Shown: positions 53,760 to 64,000 of the stretch, piece after piece
Layout: each line of letters starts with the position of its first letter
Numbering within the stretch: position 1 is the first letter of the stretch
DNA from: Octopus sinensis
Lineage: Eukaryota
DNA length: 64,000 bases
Reading direction: 5' to 3'
Assembly: GCF_006345805.1 (NCBI RefSeq)
Contig: NW_021831287.1
Span: forward strand, 1-64,000
Program-made: the position numbers and the translations under genes
The notes under the pieces: model-generated
Told to the model about the DNA's origin: nothing
Database searches by the model: none
What the model saw: the letters and a program-made list of their open reading frames with translations, nothing else

Positions 53760-55028
53760 ATGCGTCGTACGTGTCTTCTTCCCAGACCATCGAAAGCTCT
53801 CGTGTTCAGTCTGGCCACGTCCAACGACTTTGGGCGCATATTCGTGGGGTCGAGGTCGGGGACTCTCACTCCACACCAAAAGTCAATTTCCCCCTCCATC
53901 GAAGGAATATCCCTAAACCCCTCCAACTCGCAATCCCTCGCCGCATGCGCACGGAAACTGGCCTCCCACAAAATAGACGTGCTGGTGCATGATATGTCTT
54001 CTGTCCTCCTCCACCAGTACATGAATTGTCGAATGAACAGCATATCCCTCAACGTCAACTGCCAATCCCTCCTTCTCAGGTTCCCATGTGAATTTATTAT
54101 CAGTGTCCGAGCATTCCTTCCTCTCCTGGCCAAGTCTAGTAATCCACACGTCGTCGTCCTGTGTGCTCCACTTAACCTCGACAGTCAGTGGACGACCCAT
54201 CATTTCAGTACTCCTCCCTTCCTAATGTCCAGATATGACTTTGGCCCACAATTTCAACTCCTATGCCACTCTTGCCCTCGCCGAAGAACTCAAAGACCAA
54301 GGAATAGCTGTAAACTCTCTGTGGAGTCGGAATTGTATGTCCTGCATTGATTGGCAGTGATTTGTGACCTCCCTCTGAACATTGCAGACAAGTCACTGCG
54401 GGACATGTGTGCCACGCCCAGTCTCATGGCTCGGGCCATCAATCACATCTCCAAGCAAAACTCGGGCGGGTTTACGGGGAATCACCTCATTGCGGAAGAC
54501 ATGTTGGGGGAGAAGAGCAGGGAAGGTTATTCCGTGGGTGTATTCTAGACTTATTCCCTGCCTTCTTGATGGGAGAATACAAGCACTCGCCCTACGCACT
54601 CGTTCGAGCCAGTCAAGTATAGAATTGTCCTAATCTAGACTGGGCCTATTAAAACGTTGGACGGACTGAATATATTCCAGTCCATGTTGCAGAAATATGT
54701 AAAAAACGTGCCCTTGTCAGACCTCCCCTCCTCTTCATTCAATATTGTCATCAGGACGTGCAGTCTCGATGACTGGATATTCAAATGTGAGGGCAGGACA
54801 TGCAATCTTGTCAACACAGTCGACTGTTCTCAAGTGTACATCCTCTCCCTTCCCCAACAACTCCTCCTGAGTGTCCTGTCTTCTAATCTACACCCCAAAT
54901 ATCTCAGCTTCAGTTCTGGGTTCTTCTTTAAAGGATCTGTGTCTGCCTGGAAGATGTTCGAGGGTGTTTTGTTGATGGCTCAACAACACGTGATCGACAA
55001 TTTGAGTACTAATTCGTCGACTGTCTGA
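53760..55028 (+). CDS. HSDL2: HSDL2-like protein (degenerate SDR domain + SCP2-like domain)
   Basis: FLPLLAKS.NPHV..L..PLNL..QW, LAEEL...IAVNSLW, FTGN.LI.ED, LFPAFL.GEY and SCP2-like L.P....SG..FKG. Five introns of 22-25 nt join the ORFs. Confidence 0.72.
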
Positions 55029-55108
55029 TCAGTCACTAATAATACTGTCTTTGTATTGCCCTCTTATGTCGACTAATTTTATTGTGTGCCCAATTAGGGT
55101 GTAAAGTG

Positions 55109-55908
55109 TCAATTGTTAAATGGATTGTGATAATAAGGATACTCTCGATAGTACTCATTTGGGTAGTACCCATTATACATGTAGTGAGGAATCGACACCC
55201 TCGGGTTGACACTAGATTATATGTCACCACTCATACTAATTGACCTGCTGATAGGGCAAATACGTGTCAGGCATTTGTGCAGGGGGTATTTGTGACCTGT
55301 CGATACTAAACTTGATAGCCCATGAGTCACCTTATTGCTTCCTGATTTGTTTCGTCTGAGTAAATACCCGATTTTCTGTTTTCCAATAAATTTCTTTTCT
55401 CATTTTTTTTGATTCTCTGCCGCTTGTTTTTGAACCAATTCTTGATTTGTTCGTCTGTAAGACACGTGTTTTGTGCCAGCAGTTTCTTTTCTTCGTGGGA
55501 AGGGTTGGGGGTGGTGGAAAAAAAATCTTCCAAAATTTTTTTAGCAGAAAGCGGCATGTTATATTTGTATTTGTCTTTTCCGTCCGAAATTGTCAGAGGA
55601 GGAGGATTTTTCTTTTTAAAACGATGCCATTCGACTTTTTTATAGTCCATCCGGGCCAGTTTTCTCATTTGACGCTGAGAGTCTATCCAGATGAGATTGA
55701 GGGCGTGCCAATCTGAGCGATAAAAACGGTTGTTTTCCAAATATGACTGCACTAGCCTGTATTCCCCTCTCATCATATATTCCGTGGCGCGTTCAACCGG
55801 ATTTTGCTCCATTTGCTTTTGTGGACCACTTTCCTCCAGTCGTTCCTCTTGTGGTGAAGTAGTTGACTTTTGAATACAGCGTTTCTGGTGTTTTCCTGCC
55901 TTTTTCAT
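55109..55908 (-). CDS. Divergent SIX-class homeobox gene A (partial SIX domain + K50 homeodomain)
   Basis: RGEY.....LENNRF...W..., PPP.TI.DG and NWFKNKRQR match SIX proteins. Two 25-nt introns after the homeodomain lead to a Tyr/Pro-rich tail ending TGA 55109. Start codon tentative. Confidence 0.82.
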
Positions 55909-56180
55909 TGTGCATGGCCGCAGACTCTTTTTTCGGATTATATACCTTGTAATAGAACACCTCGTTCCGTTAGCAGCCAACGTTATGACAGGCAAGTCTA
56001 AACACCATAGCTGACAAAATAGCTTCCTTTCGAAGAGATTATTAAAAGTATTGAGGATTTCGTGAATGTGGGTGGTTGAGCTGATTCGAGTATGTGATAC
56101 TGATTAATGGGTCATTCGCCAATGAAAAACAATCACATTAAAAAATATATGTAAAATTAGTAGCACGTAAAGGATTAGTA

Positions 56181-57376
56181 CTAACGTGGAGGGTGATAGG
56201 GAAATTGTTGATTACCCTGTCCGTAATAGTCTCTGTAGTATGAATCTTGATTGTAGTCATATCTATCATATTGCGGTCTGAACTCACTGAATCTGGGGTC
56301 GCGACTACATTATGATCCAATATTCAAACCGATAAACTGGTTGACGGAAGGGGTACCTCTCATGATTTTCCGCTGGTAGTACTTCCATTTGTCGTTTTCG
56401 TATGAATGTACTAACTTGAGGACGATTCCCAAACGTATTTGTGGTGGGTGGCTGTATGTCCGATTCACTGGGGATTGTGTTATTCAATAAAGGGTACCTC
56501 TCCGGATTTTCCGCTGGTAGTACTTCCATTTGTCGTTTTCGTATGAATGTACTAACTTGAGGATAATTCCCAAACGTATTTGTGATGGGTGGCTGTATGT
56601 CCGATTCACTGGGGATTGTGTTATTCAATAAAGGGTACCGCTCCTGATTCTCCGCTGGTGGTACTTTCTTTTTTCGTTTTCGTATGAATGTACTAACTTG
56701 AGGACGATTCCCAAACGTATTTGTGGTGGGTGGCTGTGTGTCCGTTTCACTGGAGATTGTGTTATTCAAAAAAGGGTACCGCTCCTGATTTTCCGCTGGT
56801 GGTGCTTTCCTTTTTCGTATGAATGTACTAACTTGAGGACAATTCCCAAACGTATTTGTGGTTGGTGGCTGTGTGTCCGATTCACTGGGGATTGTGTTAT
56901 TCAATTAACCTCCTCGATGCTCTTTCTTTGTTTCTCTTTCTGTGGTTTTTAAACCAATTAGTGACTTTCTTGGATGAAAGATGGGTCATTTCGACAAGCA
57001 CTTCTATTTCTTGGGGAGAGGGTTTTGGATTATTGGAAAAAAATTCTTCCAAAATCACTCTCGAGGATTGGAGGACTCCATAAATGTATTTGTCTCCCGG
57101 ATCAAGTATTGATGGAGGGGGAGGATTCTTGTCTTTGAAACGGTGCCACTCCACACATTTATAGTCGAGTCCAGCCAATTTTCTGAGTTGTCTCTGCGAG
57201 TCTTCCCAAATGGTATAAAGGTCGTGCCAATATATCCGATCGAATGAATTATCCCTCAAATATTGCTGCACTTGTGTGTATTCCCCTCTTTGTATAAATC
57301 CTCGAGCCACTTCAACCGGATTACGCGTATCTTTCTTCTGCGGTGGACTTTTCTTTTTTCGTTGATTTCTATTCAT
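56181..57376 (-). CDS. Divergent SIX-class homeobox gene B with repeat-expanded C-terminus
   Basis: Paralog of gene A (NPVE.A...RGEY, WHRFK.KNPPP, NWFKNHRKR). Introns at 56885-56909 and before the Tyr-rich last exon ending TAG 56181. Confidence 0.82.
56340..56904 (-). repeat. Coding tandem repeat, 4 units of 135-141 bp, inside SIX gene B
   Basis: CTGG(G/A)GATTGTGTTATTCAA starts at 56468, 56609, 56750 and 56885; peptide unit SESD.QPP.TNTFGN.PQVSTFIRKR...PAEN.ERYP.LNNTI. Confidence 0.95.
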
Positions 57377-57452
57377 GGTGATTGCCGCAGACTCATCTTT
57401 CATCTTATCAGTAAACATGAAACGATGGCTAATTCATGACGGAATAAAAGGA

Positions 57453-60400
57453 TTAAGGCAAGTTGGCGTTATTGTGCACATATACTATATCCTCCGCCCC
57501 CAACAACGACAGAAAAGAGCGAACAAGGTAACTCCCCGTCCCACCCCTTCCATAAAATGGGAGATGACTAAAACTCGTCAATGCATCACCGTCCAGAGTA
57601 TCGAGTGTGTACAAATGCACTGCATTGTGGACAACCTACTCCATTAGATATCCCAAATGCCTCGTCCACACTCAGTGCTCGCTCAATGTCCAAGTTGAGC
57701 AGTCCAGACTCGAACGACCCGATCACTGTCAGAGCCTACAACTCTACTCACTCCTGTACCTCCACAGTCAGTTGTTTCTGGATGGGCTCGAGACCCTCCA
57801 ATGCCTCCACTAAACTGAGTTTGCGCTTCCGCTGAATGTTATCCCAGGAAATGTGCACGCCGTCGATGACAACCCCATTTTCCAGTCGTTCGAGAATTAT
57901 GTCCATTGAGCGGAAAAAACTTTGAGGAATGCGTCCCAGCAGTCCATCAACAAGTCTCGCGTGTCTGAAATGTGAGGAGGAAATACCCGGCCTCTGAACT
58001 CCTCTTCCTTCCCAGAAGGTCCTCGATCAGTTGCTGGATTTGTGCAGGAGATAACGTCCATATATCCTTCCGCGAAGAGAGTCGATGTGACTCAACTTGC
58101 ATTGCACGAATCAAATCCCCAATTCGAATATTGACAATATCCTCAAACAGGGCTGGCTTGTCGGATATGAGCACTCCCAGAATGAAGAGGACTTCCTGTT
58201 GGAGACTCACCTGCACAGGGTTATCAGGCATGCACATTTCGGATATGCACTCCAATATTTGTGCCCGGCCTAATGGCTGTCGGATGGCCACCATTTTGAC
58301 CAGTCCCACGGAGACCTGACTGATTCACATATTTCTACCGTCTTTCCGTAACTGATGTAAGTAGAGACCATAGAGGCCAGTGAATTGACTGATTTGTGGA
58401 GAAGGGCAGAGCATAATCTGACTACGTACCTCAGATAGGGAAGAATCACAAACCAATTGCCCACCGAGAGACCAGACATGTAGAAATCACGAACATACTC
58501 ATCCAACTGGACTGCCTCACGTCTGCACCTCAACTCGACCACTGCAGAGACTCGAGTGATCAAACTGGTCTCGTCTTGGCTGACCAAACCCATCAACTCC
58601 TGGCTCGTCAGACTTTTCAAATCCTAATTAATCAACAAAACCAAACAAGCCTGTTCTATCTTGGTGCTCTTGTCCTCAAGTCTGCATAATGGCTGACTGA
58701 ATTTCCCAAGACGGGGACTGACCCCATCAAATCTATCAAAACATTCCACGGAATCCACAAAATCAAGATATTCCGTGGCGGAATTGGCCACCAAATTCTA
58801 TTCCAGTGAGAAGAAGGGACACCTGTGTCCTCCCACCAATAACTTTGACGCCATCAACACTCCCCGTCTTAATTTGTGAGAGCAATTTGAGGCAGGCGGA
58901 GGCATTCGACCCACTACGAATGAAGGAACCACCAACGCCAGCATCGACTCGTACAACAGAAAACAGAAAATAGGACGACCCCCCAACTTCCAACTGCGGG
59001 AAATGAATTTGAGAGTATTCTAGCAATGGAGAGAAACAGCACCCTTATCGAGTTGGCCACAAACTGGGAATCACTCCACAAGTAAAAGTCATCCACTCCG
59101 AACATGAGAGGAAAACAAAGCACAGTCTTGCCGCATAATTTGTATATCTACACTCACTAAACAACTCACTTTGGATGACGAGAGGACTCCGAAGGTTCTC
59201 GGAGGACGCCCAGTCAGGCGGAGACCCTCATGACATCCCAGTCGTTCAAAAACCTTGACGATGTGTGAAATGTTCCAAATCTCGATGGGGTGGATCTGGG
59301 CGGGTGTTTGTGTCTGTATTCCGTAGTCCTGCAAAAGAGACTGGAGATTCTCGTTCTCCGCGATCTGCACAATTTGGACGACCATGTTGGCCTGACCCCC
59401 CTGGAAGGTGGTGTGTCGGCCATGTCTCTTGTGTCTTTTACTCCCCGGCAGAAACCTCCTCAGGGGGTCCAGGTCAGACCGACTGATCACTTTCTCGCCT
59501 GTGGAATTGTCTCTGGCCGTCTAACTGAGGGCCGAATAAAGCAGGCTGAGGGAGTCGAGTGCTAGGGAGACAGGTGAGCAGGCCAGTGGGAATAGTTGGT
59601 TGAACAGTGAAGAGTACTGTGTCTGTAGTTCATCATTTCTCCAAAAGAATCCACTAATCATGACGAGAATGCATATTATGGCCCGTTGTGGACAATTCTC
59701 CTGTCCTTCCTCACCCAGGATGCACCGAGATACTCCTTCCATGACTTTAGCGAGCGTATCCCTGCTGTGGGAGGCAAAACATGGCCATCCGACAGCCGTC
59801 AACACGTCCAGATCAAACTCCTACAGATAGTGGCCCACAACTCACGTCAAAGTGGAGAAGAGTGTCGAAAGTGCTCGAATTCCTTCCATGGGCATCCACA
59901 TCGGCGTAGAGGACAGCCCAGGGAGGCCCCGAAGGACCGTAGAGGTTGAATCCATTGACCGACTCGAGAGCTGCCTTGACTATCCCGACCGTACTAACAT
60001 CCTTGCATGTACATACCAGGAGTGCAGTCTGGGCTCCTTTTCGGTGGCCCAAATGCCAAAAGCGGGGACACAATATGCCCTCTCCACACAGAAGACGAGG
60101 TTTTGGACAAAGCTGACCTCACTCCTTGAATATATGACATCCATGCCACTGCTGACCATCTGAGTCAAGAACAAGAGAAACAACGCAGTGACATGCACCT
60201 ATTGTCGTTAAAGAAGCACACCTGTCTGTCTGCCACATCGTAACACACAGTGAGGCCTGTCTGAATGTCGCAAGACGAACTGAGAGCGTTCTCGATGTGT
60301 TGATGTTGCTTGAACCTCTCGACCTACCCATGAGGGACCGAGACACCCTCTCGGACTGGTGCATCCAGCAGTACAACACCCCTCGAATGCCCTTGATGGC

Positions 60401-60697
60401 CGAGTAGGCCAGGGAGTGGTAGTGGCCGCTGCTGCTGTCGAACCGTCTGGGAGTGAGTGGAGTGTCCAACCTATATCCCATGGACAGACCCCACAGCAAT
60501 AGGAACAAAGCAGACTGTCCCGCAGATTACTTGTGTTTTGGTCTTGTTCGGAAGGAAAGAGGCCGGTCGTTATATTCTGGTTGAGGAGAATTCGATTAAG
60601 GACTATTATCAAGAAAACTCAGCCCACCTTGTGAATATAATCGTTCGAGTTTATTTCCGATTGTTACTGGACTGTCCGTGTATGTGTTACCGTACAT
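57453..60697 (-). CDS. PHKB: Phosphorylase kinase regulatory subunit beta, shortened; one-base frameshift near 60500; 3' end approximate
   Basis: TTGLFP, SAIKGIRGVLYCWM.Q, MVSSG..VIY...EVSFVQNLVFCVERAY, VKAALES.NGFNLYG, LTGRPPR.FGVL.SSKIY and W..GGRP.F; at least 12 micro-introns. Confidence 0.87.
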
Positions 60698-61298
60698 CAA
60701 CCACCACAATAATTATATATTTATTACTTATATTATTCAGTGCAATGCCATTGTCATTTAGCATGTTTAGGGCACTGAAGGATGGTAGTATTTACGCGAC
60801 CGAATATGAACTATGCTCTTGAATATATACATGTTTTTCTATCGGATAAAGATTAACTGCACAGTGCAGGTAGATTGGTGTTGATTTCAGACATAAGACG
60901 CATGTTTATACTGATTGCAGTCTCAAAATGTAGCTTGTAGATAAGTAGAGAGTCCAACTCGCCTAACAGTACAACAGAGTCGGAGGCAGCCAACGGAACC
61001 CCATTTTACAGATAACGTTGTTCAGAACAATGGTTGTTCTATAATAACTGTTTTTTTTGTTTCTGACTGCAGATATTCCAGAATACCAAATGTTCAAAAA
61101 ACGTGTTGCTGTATTCTAATTTTTAGAGTATACTGACTTTATTATTAACTAAATATTGTCACAAACACCTTACTTCATATAAATAATCATCAGTGAGAAT
61201 GTTAGCTGTATTTTGTTATTTATTTCTTTGTTGATTAATTATTTTGAGTTAACTTCCCACAATAATAAAACAGCAATAACGTTTTAGATCTTGTTGAA

Positions 61299-62080
61299 AT
61301 GTCTTTTGCAAAATCTCAAAAGAGTGGACGAAAAAAATACAAGGAGAGATCACAGCCAACTGAAAGAGCCCAGTTGGGCATTCTCGAAAAACGTGCAGAC
61401 TATCGTGTCCGCGCCAAGAATGCAAACGAGAAACGCGACCAACTGAGACAGCTTCACCTGAAGGCTCTCGACAGAAATCCCGACGAATTCCACTTCAAAA
61501 TGATGCGGACTAAACTAATCGTATTTTCCCTCCCTAATTGGAGGACGGAGTTCACCAGCCGGAGGAAAACAAGCCCGTTGTGTACACAGACGACCAACGA
61601 CTGGCCATGGACACTCAGGACATGACCTACGTCCGATTTATGCTCAGCAAGGAGAGGAAGGTGCCACTTTTCTCTAATATCAGAAAATTGATAAACTGCG
61701 GGAATCAGTCACTCTTTCTCAGCCTCCAAAACCAAACCGTCGACTCGTCTTTGCTGATAGTCCTGAGAACTGTGGGAGTGTTTTCTTATGACTAGTCCTC
61801 TCTATGAAACACCAGTCGACGCCTTTCGAGCAGATGGGCCCGTCGGAGATTGATGAGTCCTCTGTACTCTTGTTTGTGTATTTCAGAGAGTGCAGTTGGC
61901 GAAACATGAGGAGAGGGCGAGGAGTTTGTCAGTGATTTTGGACAAGATGGAGGTTCGGAGACACTTGCTTGTATTCTTGTGTACTATTGCTAGAAAACTC
62001 CCAACAAGGCAACTCTCCTGGTGGAGGAGACACCACACAGCGCCCCCGTCTATCAGTGGAATTTTATTAGGAAAAAATGA
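61299..62080 (+). CDS. UTP11: U3 small nucleolar RNA-associated protein 11
   Basis: KERSQP.ER..LG.LEK..DY..RA, KAL.RNPDEF.F.M, M.TQD..YV and terminal P.Y.W...RKK; five introns of 23-24 nt. Confidence 0.94.
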
Positions 62081-62144
62081 ATTATTATGTTTTGTTAAAA
62101 GAAAATTAAATATTAATAATAGTCTATAATTGTAGTTGATCAAT

Positions 62145-63829
62145 ATGGAGAAAGCCGAGTATCCTCCGGAAGTATGAGTATTGTGTATAGTTAGTCGCCC
62201 GACGGGAATGTGGAGTACAAGGTAGTCCTCAGGCACACCCCCAGCGAATGATAGTCCACCCTCCCGACGACCGACTGGAACACCTGCTGACCCAAATGAA
62301 GTACCGTCTCGACCAAGGGAGTGGCCATGCCATCTACCTCCTGGGAGTGAACGACGATGGGTCAGTGGCCAACATTGACCAATCCCAACTACAACAGTCG
62401 TGTGCCACAGTCATAGAAATGGCCAACAAGTGTGACGTGCGAGTGACGTACTCAGATTAGGGGCAAGGACACAGGTCAAGACATGTCCCCACAATGTCCT
62501 CGAAGTGTGCATGTTCCAGGACTGGTCGGAGGCTGCCTCGGTTGCTGAATGTGCCCCACTTGGTAGAGACCGGAAGTGCGGGTGGCAGTAATCGGCAAGT
62601 CGTATGCAGGCAAGTCCTCGTTGGTGGGAGTTATGAGTTGTGGACGACTCGACAATGGGAGGGGCCTGGCCAGACTGTCCATGCTCAGTCACTTCCACGA
62701 ACTGGACTCAGGCATGACTTCCACCACAGCCCCCGTCACCCTCGGCTTCCACACCTCCGAACAAGTCCCCTTCTCTCCACAATCCCCCAACATGTCCCCC
62801 ACAACTGAACTATTCAGTCAGTCCGACAGAATGGTCACCCTCATTGATTTGCCTGGCAATCACCGTTATGTCCGCACTGCCCTCCGAGGACTCACCGGCT
62901 ACCACCCCGACGTGGGTCTGGTCGTGGTATCCGAGGACCACAGGACTGGTCTGCCTGTCCACGTCCAAATTGGAGTGCTTCTGGGCATGGGAGTGCGCAT
63001 AGTCGTGGTCATCAACAAGATTGATATGCTCAGTCCTGACACTCAGGCAGTCACCGATATGTTAGGAGTGCTCGCCTCTCTCGGACTGAATGGATGGGAG
63101 GTGACCCACTCCTCTCAGTTGGACACATTCTTTGAGGGTGACCAGTCGGGTGTGCCTGTCATCCCCCTCTCGTCCTACACGGGCACCAACCTCCACCTCC
63201 TCCTTCACTACATGGCTCTCCTCAGACCCCCCATCCACCACTATTCCCACCACGTCGAATTGAGAATAGTCAAAGTCTTTCGGGGCAACAAATTGATTGT
63301 GGGGGGCACTCTCCGTCGGTATATCTCCCACGTGATGTTAGGGGTGTCCTCTCCGTGGGGCAACAGTTGCATGTGGGTCCCTTTGAGGACGGGATATTTC
63401 ACTCAGTCGTGGTCGACAGTCTCCACCGGTGGAAAGTGCCCTGCAATACTCTCACCTCGGTGAAATCCTGCGTTTCAGTGGCTTTGGTGTGTTCCGACAC
63501 GTTTATTCCACGGGCGGTGAGTGTTCTGTCCTCAGTGGCAGGGTCAGGTTTGTGTGGACAATCCTTCGGGGATGTTGAATTCGCGGAGTTTTTGGGGGAG
63601 GGTGTCGTACATTGACTGTCCTTGCATTAAGTGTGGGGACATGACGACCGTGTATATGGAGGGGATTCGAGTGAGTGCCGTCGTGGCTGTATTCCCTGGA
63701 TGGCTAGTCTAGTCTGTCGAGGGGAATGTCTGTCTCTTCCAATTGAACCAGTTCGAGGCATTCCGGACTGGCTCGACATTTCTATTGGTGGATGATCAAC
63801 ACACAGCACACGGAGTGGTCTTGGCATAA
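62145..63829 (+). CDS. GTPBP2: GTP-binding protein 2 (translational GTPase)
   Basis: YPPE..DGNVEYK, EHLLTQMKYRL.QG.G.AIY.LGV.DDG, RVAVIG....GKSSL.GV, LDNGRGLARLS, LIDLPG..RY and NKID; at least 7 micro-introns. Confidence 0.9.
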
Positions 63830-63861
63830 TTACTCATATTTATATAATTATTTGTTATTTG

Positions 63862-64000
63862 TTAGAAATATTTCCAACTGGTCAACCACACGGACTAATT
63901 GTTTTCTACTGTGACTATAAAAGGATACAGTGAGAGAGCGAGCGTGTTCATTTCGTCCAGTCTGAGGGAGTGGGTATCGGCCATGACGACTGTCATAGAC
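63862..64000 (-). CDS. 3' end of an unidentified gene running off the window
   Basis: Open frame with a 23-nt GT-AG micro-intron-like segment and a stop at 63862; no recognisable motif. Confidence 0.3.

Noticed and set aside
60700-61290. Small hairpins in the divergent PHKB-UTP11 intergenic region (CTGCACAGTGCAG, GTTGTTCAGAACAA)
   Set aside because: No snoRNA or snRNA box pattern that I can support.

Overview
Eukaryotic (metazoan) genomic DNA. Gene-dense blocks alternate with AT-rich transposon debris, and a 169-bp satellite array occupies the left end. By aligning translations by eye to remembered human orthologues I reconstructed over 100 spliceosomal introns, nearly all 21-32 nt long and many at ancestral (human-matching) positions. 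Ultrashort introns, animal-type genes (SIX homeoboxes, FMR1/FXR, PHKB, Lgl/tomosyn) and centriole/cilium genes (PLK4, RPGRIP1L, CFAP52) best fit a dicyemid-type mesozoan parasite; this is inference only. Genes: FMR1-like, PLK4, TBCEL, PSMD12, MTO1, RPGRIP1L, DUS2, a CFAP52 pseudogene, Lgl/tomosyn, YPEL, tRNA-Leu(TAG), FANCM, eIF2-beta, CK2-alpha, HSDL2, two tandem divergent SIX genes, PHKB, UTP11 and GTPBP2. Mobile elements: at least seven CRE-clade non-LTR fragments, APE-type LINEs, hAT, Tc1 and pogo relics. Main observations: (1) possible de novo intron birth by tandem duplication in a SIX gene; (2) a CK2-alpha with DWG/GPE/KKKK replaced by DFG/APE/RYTK; (3) a PLK4 whose long linker is reduced to its phosphodegron; (4) a hairpin that appears to hide a decoy 3' splice site in FANCM; (5) kb-scale G/C strand-skew oscillation; (6) single-base frameshifts in three conserved genes, most likely assembly errors. 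All homology calls are from memory, without database searches.
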